Assembly: GCA_041736805.1 (NCBI GenBank)
Contig: JBGSSW010000008.1
Span: 68,897 to 127,298 of the forward strand
Reading direction: 5' to 3'
DNA length: 58,402 nucleotides
DNA from: Minisyncoccia bacterium
GTDB lineage: Bacteria > Patescibacteriota > Minisyncoccia > Phycocordibacterales > UBA918
Part shown: in pieces, positions 1 to 8,295 of the stretch
Layout of the letters: every line of letters begins with the position of its first letter
Position numbering within the stretch: the first letter of the stretch is position 1
The notes under the pieces: generated by a model
The model's database searches: none
Told to the model about the DNA's origin: nothing
What the model saw: the letters and a program-made list of their open reading frames with translations, nothing else
Position numbers and translations under genes: made by a program

Positions 1-1
1 T

Positions 2-394
2 GAATTTTACATCCTAAATTTTAATGAAATTGAGGATTTAAAATCTGGTATTTATCATTATAATATAGAAAGCCATGGCCTAACTCTCCTTAAGAAGAGA
101 GAGTTTAACGAGTTGGATAGGCTTAGTATTTCACCAGAAACATATACAACAGAGGCAAAGTTTGCCATCATTGGCACAGGTACAATTGCGCGTTCAGCAG
201 ATAAATACTCAGAAAAGGCTTACCGATTTTCTATCTTTGAAATGGGTGCCTGTGCACAAAATCTAGCTTTGTGTGCAGAGGCTTTAGGAATTGGTTCGGT
301 TAATACAGGAGGTATTTTTGATGATGTTGTGGAAGATTTGCTCCAAATTGATGGTACTGAAGAAAAAGTTCTACACGCTATTTTTTTTGGTTAA
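2..394 (+). CDS. SagB/ThcOx-family FMN-dependent dehydrogenase (nitroreductase fold), 5'-truncated by the window edge
   Basis: Frame is open from base 2: EFYILN..IEDLKSGIYHYNIESHGLTLL..KYSEKAYRFSIFEMGACAQNLALCAEALGIGSVNTGGIFDD, the typical SagB C-terminal half. Confidence 0.85.
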   Translation, partial: EFYILNFNEIEDLKSGIYHYNIESHGLTLLKKREFNELDRLSISPETYTTEAKFAIIGTGTIARSADKYSEKAYRFSIFEMGACAQNLALCAEALGIGSVNTGGIFDDVVEDLLQIDGTEEKVLHAIFFG

Positions 395-404
395 GGAAAT
401 GGCT

Positions 405-2120
405 TTAGTCCCCGGGGTTTCTTTTTAATGCATATACTTCATTTGCATATGTAGATAAGAATAAAATTTTTGATTCTTCATCAAAAACTACTTTATTAGT
501 AATCCTTTCGGTCACATAGGACATGCTGGTTACGGTTCCGGTTTCAGGATCAATTTCTTGTAGAACTGAATTATTTGAACCAACATAAAGTCTGTTTTTA
601 CCATCAATTTTATAGATGGCCGGGGCAGAAAATATTCGTGCCCCACTGTCCACTGTCCAAAGTTTTTCACCTGTTTTGATATCAATTGAATAGATATGTT
701 TATCAAGCGAAGTAAAAATAAGATTGTTTTTATAAATTATTGGTGTGCCAAATGATCCGTAGTAAAATTCTTCATAAACGTATTTAATTTTGCCCGTATT
801 AATATCAAGTACCGTTAAATTTCCCTTTTCATCTGTAGCTGAATTTTTTTGTGAACCATTAATTATTAGTAGACCATTTTCTTCATCTACTCCCGGTGCG
901 TTTACTATTTTGCAATTTAGGTTATTTTCCCAAACAATTTTACCAGTTTTGGCATCAAAGGCCCTTATTATGCCATCTAATGAACCACAAAAAACAAGCG
1001 AAAGAATCGATGAATAAGAGGGAGTTGAAAGGGTACTTTTTTCAAGAGGCCTAAATTCCCATTTCTTTTCCCCAGTCTCAGCCGAAATAGCCACCAAAGA
1101 ACCATATTTGTTAAAGACACCAAATTCAAGAGGAATAAATATTAATTTAAGTTTGGTAGCAATAGCTGGTGATGATCCTATCCAATCACCTTCAAAATTA
1201 ACCCAGTCTCTCTTTCCTGTTTCAGCATTAAAGGCATAAATATTACCGTCATAATTAGCAAATATTATTAAATTATTATAAATTATTGGATTAGAAAATT
1301 GAATCCTACGCTTACGACCAAAGGGAGTATGATAGTCCCATATTAATTTTCCAGAAACGGCTTCTAGGCAAACAAACTGACCATCATCTGTACTGAAATA
1401 TAACTTACTTTTGTAGATTAAGGGATTAGGTTTAGAATTAACATATTCAAAGCTAGGATTATTTCCTCGCCAGCACCAGATTGTTTCAAATTTATTTTCA
1501 ACTCTTATTTTAAAAATATTATTAGGGGGTGTTAATTCAGGAATAGACGCTTTGAAATCGTCTAAGGAAAACAACTTTTCTATCACGATTTTTCGATTAG
1601 TGAAATAGGAGTATTGTTCATTTCGTTTGAACTGTAAAATTGAAAAAATTGCTAAAATGTTTATTTTTTTTGGAGGAGTTGATATCTTTAGTTGTTCTAA
1701 AACTTCGACTTGTCGTACAAAACTGCCTCCAGAATTCATAAGGTCATCAACCAGGATGATCGGGTTATTATTGATAGTCCCTTCAACCATATTTAGAAGA
1801 CCACTTTTCTTTCTTGATTTGCGAATAAAAAAGCCATTGACAGGGATACCCCTTTCAACTGATTTCATAACGATGGCAGAAATTAAAGGTATCGAGGCCA
1901 CCTCAATACCTCCAACCTGAAAGGGATAGTTATCTTTGAACCGCTCAAAAAAAAGTTCAGCGTAAGCATTAAGTATTTCTGGTTGCATTATTATTTTTCT
2001 AAAATCGAACATCCAGGCATCTCCTCCACCTTGTGATGAGTAAATAAAAAAATCTTTATGAGTGACAAGAACTCTTTGAATTATTTTTTTCCTCAGTAAC
2101 TCTAAATTCGAGTTTTCCAT
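405..2120 (-). CDS. Type I phosphoribosyltransferase (PyrE-like) domain fused to a PQQ/BamB-like beta-propeller
   Basis: GGIEVASIP, FFIRKSRK and the PRPP motif IILVDDLMNSGGS, then repeated xDAxTGKxxW propeller blades; ATG 2120 preferred over TTG 2141. Confidence 0.8.
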   Translation of the reverse strand: MENSNLELLRKKIIQRVLVTHKDFFIYSSQGGGDAWMFDFRKIIMQPEILNAYAELFFERFKDNYPFQVGGIEVASIPLISAIVMKSVERGIPVNGFFIRKSRKKSGLLNMVEGTINNNPIILVDDLMNSGGSFVRQVEVLEQLKISTPPKKINILAIFSILQFKRNEQYSYFTNRKIVIEKLFSLDDFKASIPELTPPNNIFKIRVENKFETIWCWRGNNPSFEYVNSKPNPLIYKSKLYFSTDDGQFVCLEAVSGKLIWDYHTPFGRKRRIQFSNPIIYNNLIIFANYDGNIYAFNAETGKRDWVNFEGDWIGSSPAIATKLKLIFIPLEFGVFNKYGSLVAISAETGEKKWEFRPLEKSTLSTPSYSSILSLVFCGSLDGIIRAFDAKTGKIVWENNLNCKIVNAPGVDEENGLLIINGSQKNSATDEKGNLTVLDINTGKIKYVYEEFYYGSFGTPIIYKNNLIFTSLDKHIYSIDIKTGEKLWTVDSGARIFSAPAIYKIDGKNRLYVGSNNSVLQEIDPETGTVTSMSYVTERITNKVVFDEESKILFLSTYANEVYALKRNPGD

Positions 2121-2182
2121 ACTAAAATTTAAATTTAACAATATCTTGTTTTGGTCACTTTAGCCAATAAGTTTTATTTTAG

Positions 2183-4087
2183 CTATATTAAGCCACAGGG
2201 GAGCTTTTTTACTCTCAGTAGAAATGAAATTCCATAAAGAACATGGGCATTACTATCGATCCATACACTATGGTCAAATACATCGTGACGAAATCCTCCC
2301 AAAACTAAATCTTTATATTTTGAATTAATATAAAAGGTGTTTTCTTCTACGTATTGCATATTATAAAGCCAACTAAGTGTTTTAAGACGATTTATTTCCA
2401 AAAACTCTGGAAATTGAACCAAGACTTCAAATATTTTACTAGTTCCTCTAGTGTAGGTAAAAATTTTATTGTTACGTCCGGGAAAGCTGCCGTCTGGTAA
2501 CTGTTGGTTTAGATACCAATCGAGTATTTCTTCTGCACCGGATGAATATTTATCATTATTTAAATCATTACCAATACCTGTAAGTAAAGGAATAAGTTCT
2601 GGAAAACCAGCTAGTTCAAAGGAGTGGTTCTTTGCAAGCATGTCTTTAAAATCAAGCCAAATTTGTAAAACTAGCTGTTCGGCAGTATGAAGATATTTTT
2701 TATCTTGTTTAGTTATTGAAAGTAGGAAGTGTGCATACTGAGCGTAAAGAATCGAATCATAAGTGAAGTTTGGTAGTTTTTCTAACAAGTATTTTTCGTA
2801 AGAAGGAATTTTTTCTAGCTTGTTTAGTTTCAGCAATGTTTCTCGATGAGTCAGCAGAGCAGAGCAACGTGTTACTTCTAAGATTTCACAACTAAGCAAG
2901 TTTTCTTCTAAGAAATTACTTATACTAGCTACTAGTTCTTCAGCTAAAGGATTTTTTGTTTCAGTGTATATCGCTGCTAGTGATAGTGCTGTGTATGCAA
3001 GACGTGTCCAGTCAGTTTTTATGTAGGATCCATCAGTAGGGTTTAGTCTGGCAATAACATTACCGTCAGCCCCTTGCATTTTTTTGAGAAAAATAAGACT
3101 TGAATTAATTATAGAGCTAATTAATTGATCCTCTGAAATAATTGATCTCTCTACGACAGGACCAACTAAATCTAACGGCTTTGTTTGTGGAGATTCTATA
3201 AAGTCATTTACTTCATAAACGAAAATATCTTCTAGTTGTGAATTGTCAACCAAAGATAGTTTTTCAGTTAATAGCCTGTTTGTAAATTTATCCAAATTGT
3301 CAAGCTTAATACAATTGGCTACTGCGGGCAAAAAATAACCTTTTTTACCTGAGGCGTTAATTTGATATCCTTTTTCCGGATAAACCTCGTTATTTTTAAC
3401 TTCCTCAAGTCTTAAAGGGATTATTAATTTATGGAGGACTGTAATTTGAATTGTAGTTTTTGGTAAATCACTAGTTTTTAGCTTTTCAAAACGACTATCG
3501 TTTGCTGCTTTTAATGTAGCCATCCTAATGCCTTCAAGAAATGTTTTGTCAAAAATAATTTGGGAACCTCTTAATAATCCGTTGACCCATAAAGTGACAT
3601 CAACGTTTACTTTTTCTTCAAGATACCTACTTAATAAATTTTCCTCAGTTAAATCTTCTACTAGAGCATCCTGATTAAGACTCACTTCAAGATTTTTTCT
3701 CGCAAAGTTAAGTAAAAATTGTTGACTATAAGTATCAATACCAAAACGAACGGGAAGAGAATCTTTTTTGAAACGGCTTATATTTTCCCAAATTTCAATA
3801 ACTGGAGAATGAAAAATCCCTCTCCAGTTATTTGATTCGGTGCTATATTGCAGAAAAATTTCACGACGAGTACTTTTGCAACAAATAATAAATGTTGGAG
3901 AAGTTTTACTCAAAGAAGAAGATTTTTTTGAAAGATTAGCAATGTATTCTAAGTTGGGTAATTTTATATGGACAAGTTCCTCTTTTGAAATATCTTCAAA
4001 TTTTGCCCAAGCGAAAAAAGCTTCAATTTGTTTGGTATAGTATTTTTCCTGTAGGGCAATAATTATTTTGAAAAAAAAGGAAAACAT
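2183..4087 (-). CDS. AMMECR1-domain protein with C-terminal alpha/alpha-toroid-like helical domain
   Basis: VTLWVNGLLRGSQ..AANDSRF..IQITVL..GKKGYFLPAV (AMMECR1-like); C-terminal QGADG, WYLNQQLPDGSF, GGFRH..WIDSNAH repeats. Confidence 0.7.
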   Translation of the reverse strand: MFSFFFKIIIALQEKYYTKQIEAFFAWAKFEDISKEELVHIKLPNLEYIANLSKKSSSLSKTSPTFIICCKSTRREIFLQYSTESNNWRGIFHSPVIEIWENISRFKKDSLPVRFGIDTYSQQFLLNFARKNLEVSLNQDALVEDLTEENLLSRYLEEKVNVDVTLWVNGLLRGSQIIFDKTFLEGIRMATLKAANDSRFEKLKTSDLPKTTIQITVLHKLIIPLRLEEVKNNEVYPEKGYQINASGKKGYFLPAVANCIKLDNLDKFTNRLLTEKLSLVDNSQLEDIFVYEVNDFIESPQTKPLDLVGPVVERSIISEDQLISSIINSSLIFLKKMQGADGNVIARLNPTDGSYIKTDWTRLAYTALSLAAIYTETKNPLAEELVASISNFLEENLLSCEILEVTRCSALLTHRETLLKLNKLEKIPSYEKYLLEKLPNFTYDSILYAQYAHFLLSITKQDKKYLHTAEQLVLQIWLDFKDMLAKNHSFELAGFPELIPLLTGIGNDLNNDKYSSGAEEILDWYLNQQLPDGSFPGRNNKIFTYTRGTSKIFEVLVQFPEFLEINRLKTLSWLYNMQYVEENTFYINSKYKDLVLGGFRHDVFDHSVWIDSNAHVLYGISFLLRVKKLPCGLI

Positions 4088-4253
4088 TATTTTATTTTTA
4101 TTTTAAAATCATTCTAGTAAGACCTTGATGATTTTGACATACATAGTTACTATAAACTAAAGTGGTTCCATCAGAAAGTAAACAAAATAAGGCGTGTTAT
4201 AATTTTTGGAGTTATTATTATCATCGTGTTTGTAGAACCTATTTAATTGTTAT

Positions 4254-6851
4254 ATGAAAATTAATTTTATTCCAGCCTTAATTATATTTAGCATAGTTAT
4301 CTTTCCTTCGGTTTCTCTCGGTCAAGCTACAAATGAACCTAGTATTTTTGATGAGGCTATCTCCGATGAAGCAGCTGGTAATGCTCAGTGTTTTGATTAC
4401 TACCGTTTTGGAAGTGTGGTAACAAACATTTCTACAGCCTTAGTCCAGACCGTCCCTGGCTCCACTATGGTTTTCTCTGGTGAAATGACCAACGAAAATT
4501 CCTATCCGGTCACTGATTTGGACCTTTATGTCAAAATATTTCGTAAGCAAGCCAAAGATGAAAATGCTCTAAAAAATGGTCACAATTTAGTAGACCAATT
4601 TGTGGCTGTGGATAATGTTAGTATTGATGCTAACAGCTCAAAGGGGTTCTCTTTCGAATGGGTAGTTCCGACCGCCGCTAGCGCCGGGGAATACATGATT
4701 GCAACCTATTCCATGACCAGCGAAGCTTATAATCTTTCTGGCTTATCATTTACTGATGATGTTACCGGAGCTTCAAAACACTTTACTGTGGTAGGGAAAG
4801 ATAGCGGTACAGTTAGTTGGGATAAAAACAAAGTAATGATGAACGAAACCAGCTTTCTCTTTGCTTCACAAATACCAACCTTTACTAAAGACGAAGCTGT
4901 AACAGTATCGGCACCGTTCGTTAACACCACCAATAAAGATAAAGAAGTAGTAGTGACCTGGAAGCAGTATGACTGGGATGGACTACGTGAAGAAGCTTTG
5001 GTTGAAACAAAAACCGAAACAGTCACTATCCCAGCTGGTCAATCTAAGATACTTTCCTACGCAGCCACCAAATATAAAGGGGCAGTTACTTATATTGTGG
5101 CTGACGCCTTCTTTGAAGACGCACACTCCATCCTTGATATGCGTTTTGCTCGAGTGGGAGTTGAACAGACACGTATCAATTTTCCTTCACTAACAAACTT
5201 CCCTTTAGTTGCTAATCAGCCCAACGCGCTGTTCTCTTGTCTTCATGTGGTTGGCCCAAATACATTAGGAGGAGCTACCTTAGACCTAATTTTAACTGAT
5301 GAAAAAGGTAAGGTTATCTCACAAAACAAATACGAAGGTAGTGTCACTGGCGCGATGATGGGGGTTAAGTATGACTTTACTCCTACTCGTGACTACGACA
5401 AAGTTACTTTAATGGCCACTCTTACCAGAGGTGGTGTAATTGAAGACTCCGGCACTATTACTTATGATTGTGAAAAGATCGACCCCGCCAAATGTTTACC
5501 AAAAAATACCACGACCGGTTCCGAAGGCTCCAACCAACATGGACTACCAATTAATTCAAAAACCCTGATGTTCATGATAGTAATCGGTTTGGCCGCAGCT
5601 TTTATTCTAGTTACTTATCTTAAAAAAAGCCAAGTAAAATCACCTTCATTGCCACCTTTACCTTTGTTAGTATTAGGACTGCTTGGGGCTACAGCTATCC
5701 TCGGTCTTAATCCAGGCAGCGCCTTGGCTAACACTACCTCTTGGACTTCAGGGATGTTTGATGTCAGAGGTTATGATGGAGTACCTCTTTGTAAAGCAGG
5801 GAGGAGCGCTAATTGTCTTTTTGAACCAGAATGGGGTTCAATAACTCCAAGCTACCCACTCCCTGGTTTTTATGAATTTGGCTGGGTCAGTTCAGCTAAC
5901 TTAAGTAACGCTGTAGCCTCAGTAAATTACAACGCAGACGCTAATTATCCAAATGGAGCAAGCGTAGCTGTTGGTAGTACTTTAGACTTTACCCCCGTCT
6001 TTTCTGGAACCGATATTAGTTTTAATGGGACGGGAAGTTATTCTGATTCACCTTATGGTACTTGGGGCGGTAGTCCGTTGAATTATCAAACCGTTGCTGT
6101 TTTGCCTAGCGCTTTGTTTGGTTCGGTGACAATTTATGCTGCCTTGTGGGTTAATAGACCAACTCCAACAGTTGTACAAACCGGCGGTACTGGCTCCGCT
6201 AATTGTGCTGGTTTATCTTGTAATGTCACTGCTGCAGGGACATTACAATTTAGTGTTAATTATCCAGCTACCACTGGTGGTATGAAGCTAGGTTTCAATA
6301 AAGCCCTGATAGGCACTGAACCTAATATTTGGTATTCAGCTGGGAATACCTTTTTATCCCTACCGGCATTAAATCCCATCCAAGTTGGTTGCCCTTCTTT
6401 ACCTCGAACAGCTGCTCAAAATATCCAGTGTTATAATGCCGCGCTAGCCAATCAATTTGTCCTTAATGTACCGGCCCAAAGTATCAACTTTAATTTTAGC
6501 GCCACCGCCGTAAACGCAGCTCCAAGTAGCCCTACCATCACTACAGTAATAGCTGGGCCGGCCGGCAGTCCTTCCACCTTCTCTTTTTACGCCACTGACC
6601 CAGACGGAGACCCTCTCCATTTTGAGATAGATTGGACCAATGTTGGTTTTGGAACTGGTTGTGCACCGAGCACCTGCGCTGATGTTCCATCTGGTTCATC
6701 ACCAACGGCTCCTTATACTTGGGCAGTTCCTGGTAACTATACCTTCCAAGCCCGGACTGTAGCTGCGGGGCAGTATTCAGCTTGGGTAACACATAATATT
6801 GTCGTCCCAGCTGCTCCGCCGATAAATGTTAATTTAAACTTCCTACCCTAG
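4254..6851 (+). CDS. Large exported/surface protein with Ig-like domains, internal TM helix plus second signal-like segment, and C-terminal PKD-like domain
   Basis: N-terminal signal peptide; TM ~aa 438-456; LLVLGLLGATAILGLNPGSALA; C-terminal ATDPDGDPLHFEIDW..YTWAVPGNYTFQAR. Confidence 0.75.
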   Translation: MKINFIPALIIFSIVIFPSVSLGQATNEPSIFDEAISDEAAGNAQCFDYYRFGSVVTNISTALVQTVPGSTMVFSGEMTNENSYPVTDLDLYVKIFRKQAKDENALKNGHNLVDQFVAVDNVSIDANSSKGFSFEWVVPTAASAGEYMIATYSMTSEAYNLSGLSFTDDVTGASKHFTVVGKDSGTVSWDKNKVMMNETSFLFASQIPTFTKDEAVTVSAPFVNTTNKDKEVVVTWKQYDWDGLREEALVETKTETVTIPAGQSKILSYAATKYKGAVTYIVADAFFEDAHSILDMRFARVGVEQTRINFPSLTNFPLVANQPNALFSCLHVVGPNTLGGATLDLILTDEKGKVISQNKYEGSVTGAMMGVKYDFTPTRDYDKVTLMATLTRGGVIEDSGTITYDCEKIDPAKCLPKNTTTGSEGSNQHGLPINSKTLMFMIVIGLAAAFILVTYLKKSQVKSPSLPPLPLLVLGLLGATAILGLNPGSALANTTSWTSGMFDVRGYDGVPLCKAGRSANCLFEPEWGSITPSYPLPGFYEFGWVSSANLSNAVASVNYNADANYPNGASVAVGSTLDFTPVFSGTDISFNGTGSYSDSPYGTWGGSPLNYQTVAVLPSALFGSVTIYAALWVNRPTPTVVQTGGTGSANCAGLSCNVTAAGTLQFSVNYPATTGGMKLGFNKALIGTEPNIWYSAGNTFLSLPALNPIQVGCPSLPRTAAQNIQCYNAALANQFVLNVPAQSINFNFSATAVNAAPSSPTITTVIAGPAGSPSTFSFYATDPDGDPLHFEIDWTNVGFGTGCAPSTCADVPSGSSPTAPYTWAVPGNYTFQARTVAAGQYSAWVTHNIVVPAAPPINVNLNFLP

Positions 6852-6878
6852 GATTAGGGAATTCGAAAAAATAGTCGC

Positions 6879-6909
6879 CAAAAAACCACTTGCAAAAAGT
6901 GGTTTTTTG
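6879..6909. terminator. Intrinsic terminator (bidirectional-type)
   Basis: CAAAAAACCACTT-gcaaa-AAGTGGTTTTTTG after stop at 6851. Confidence 0.75.
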
Positions 6910-6939
6910 TTGTGTGAAATATTTGGCTGTCAGTTACTC

Positions 6940-6967
6940 TTGCTGAAAAGTATTTAAGTGGTATTGT
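6940..6967 (+). promoter_or_regulatory. sigma70-like promoter of the lipoprotein cassette
   Basis: TTGCTG-N16-TATTGT with extended -10 TG. Confidence 0.5.
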
Positions 6968-7155
6968 TCGAGACAAGAGGTACTGAATACACACCATAGA
7001 TGAAGGTTTAGTCTGGCTTAGAAGCGGGCTATACTACTGTGGTGCGTAAACAGAAGAAAACCTCTCGGACTTTAAAAACCGCTAGACGTCGCTTGTTAAA
7101 GTGGCTGAAGGCTTTTTGTAACCTACGCCCCCTGGGGCAATTGAAAGGAATGTCC

Positions 7156-8187
7156 ATGAAGACCATGGCAAAAAACCTCCCCAGTCTGGGGATTCGTCGC
7201 GGCGTTATCGTCGCGGGTGTGTTCATCGCTTTGGTTTTGACCGCTTGTGGTGGTGGCGGTTCTGCCAGCAATCTTGACGGTCCGTTTGTGCCAGATCCCG
7301 TTGTCACACCTCCTCCCGTGACTCCGCCTGTTGTCACACCTCCGTCCGTTGTTGGTACCGTCACTAGCACCAAGAACTGTGAGATTCTGGCTACAGCGAA
7401 CAAGTGCCTGGCTGAGGTTGGTCTGGATGTCTCGGCTTCCGCCACCAACCCCACTCTGACCGTCGACTCGAAGGTCATTTCGCTCACCTCTGGGGTGCAG
7501 ATTGTTTCGGTTGAGCTTTCGGGCCCAACCAACGAGACAGTCGTGCTCAAAAATGGCGACGGGACGGTCCTCGACGGCACCAAGTCGGTCGGCAGCGCTT
7601 GCGTTGCCTCTGCTCCTTGGGACGCACCGTGGAAGTTTTGCCGGGCGATTTTGCCCAGCTACAGCGACTACGTGCTTAGCGTGTGGGGAATTGATGGCAC
7701 TTTTTTCATCGTCAGCAAGACTGGGGTGAAGGCAGTGACCAACATGACTCCATGGCAATTGCCGACCGCCGGGCTGTTCAATTGTGGCCTGCGCAAGACC
7801 AACAACCCGGATAAGTGGGGAGGCATCCACGGTGATTGTCAGGACAGCGTGACTCTCAAGGATCGTCCGGTCATGATCAACCCAGAGACGGGCGAGGTCA
7901 GCTTGTCGAGCCCGGTTCCGCCGGACTCGCCGGACTACGTGGTCGGCAACCCAGCTGACTATTTGTACGCTGATCCAGGTGATCCTTCCTATACTTTTGG
8001 CCACACTCAAGCCAAGGTAATGGGCGGTTCGTTTTATGCGGCTTACAACCCTTTCAACCAGAATGACAGTTCGATTTACTTCCGTAGTGACACAGCCGTC
8101 GTCAGTTTGGTTCCGGGTGGTGCTGGAACTGTTCAGGCTAATGGCAACGTTAAGCTGCTGAAGACTTTCAAGCACACCCAGCCGTAA
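7156..8187 (+). CDS. Predicted lipoprotein, high GC, Pro-rich linker
   Basis: SD AAGGA before ATG 7156; lipobox LTA-C followed by GGGGS; PVVTPPPVTPPVVTPP linker; GC visibly above neighbours. Confidence 0.75.
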   Translation: MKTMAKNLPSLGIRRGVIVAGVFIALVLTACGGGGSASNLDGPFVPDPVVTPPPVTPPVVTPPSVVGTVTSTKNCEILATANKCLAEVGLDVSASATNPTLTVDSKVISLTSGVQIVSVELSGPTNETVVLKNGDGTVLDGTKSVGSACVASAPWDAPWKFCRAILPSYSDYVLSVWGIDGTFFIVSKTGVKAVTNMTPWQLPTAGLFNCGLRKTNNPDKWGGIHGDCQDSVTLKDRPVMINPETGEVSLSSPVPPDSPDYVVGNPADYLYADPGDPSYTFGHTQAKVMGGSFYAAYNPFNQNDSSIYFRSDTAVVSLVPGGAGTVQANGNVKLLKTFKHTQP

Positions 8188-8208
8188 GCTTGGCAAAGTT
8201 GTGAAACT

Positions 8209-8248
8209 TGAGGCCCTACCTGTCAACAGGGGGGCCTCATTCTTTTTT
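8209..8248 (+). terminator. Intrinsic terminator
   Basis: TGAGGCCCTACCTGT..ACAGGGGGGCCTCA followed by T-tract. Confidence 0.75.
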
Positions 8249-8295
8249 CTATAAGCGCTATAATTGAAATAGTTTTATTATTTTTTATTATTGCT

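Noticed and set aside
7123-8226. 367-aa antisense ORF
   Set aside because: Shadow of the GC-rich lipoprotein gene; the + strand has the SD, lipobox, promoter and terminator
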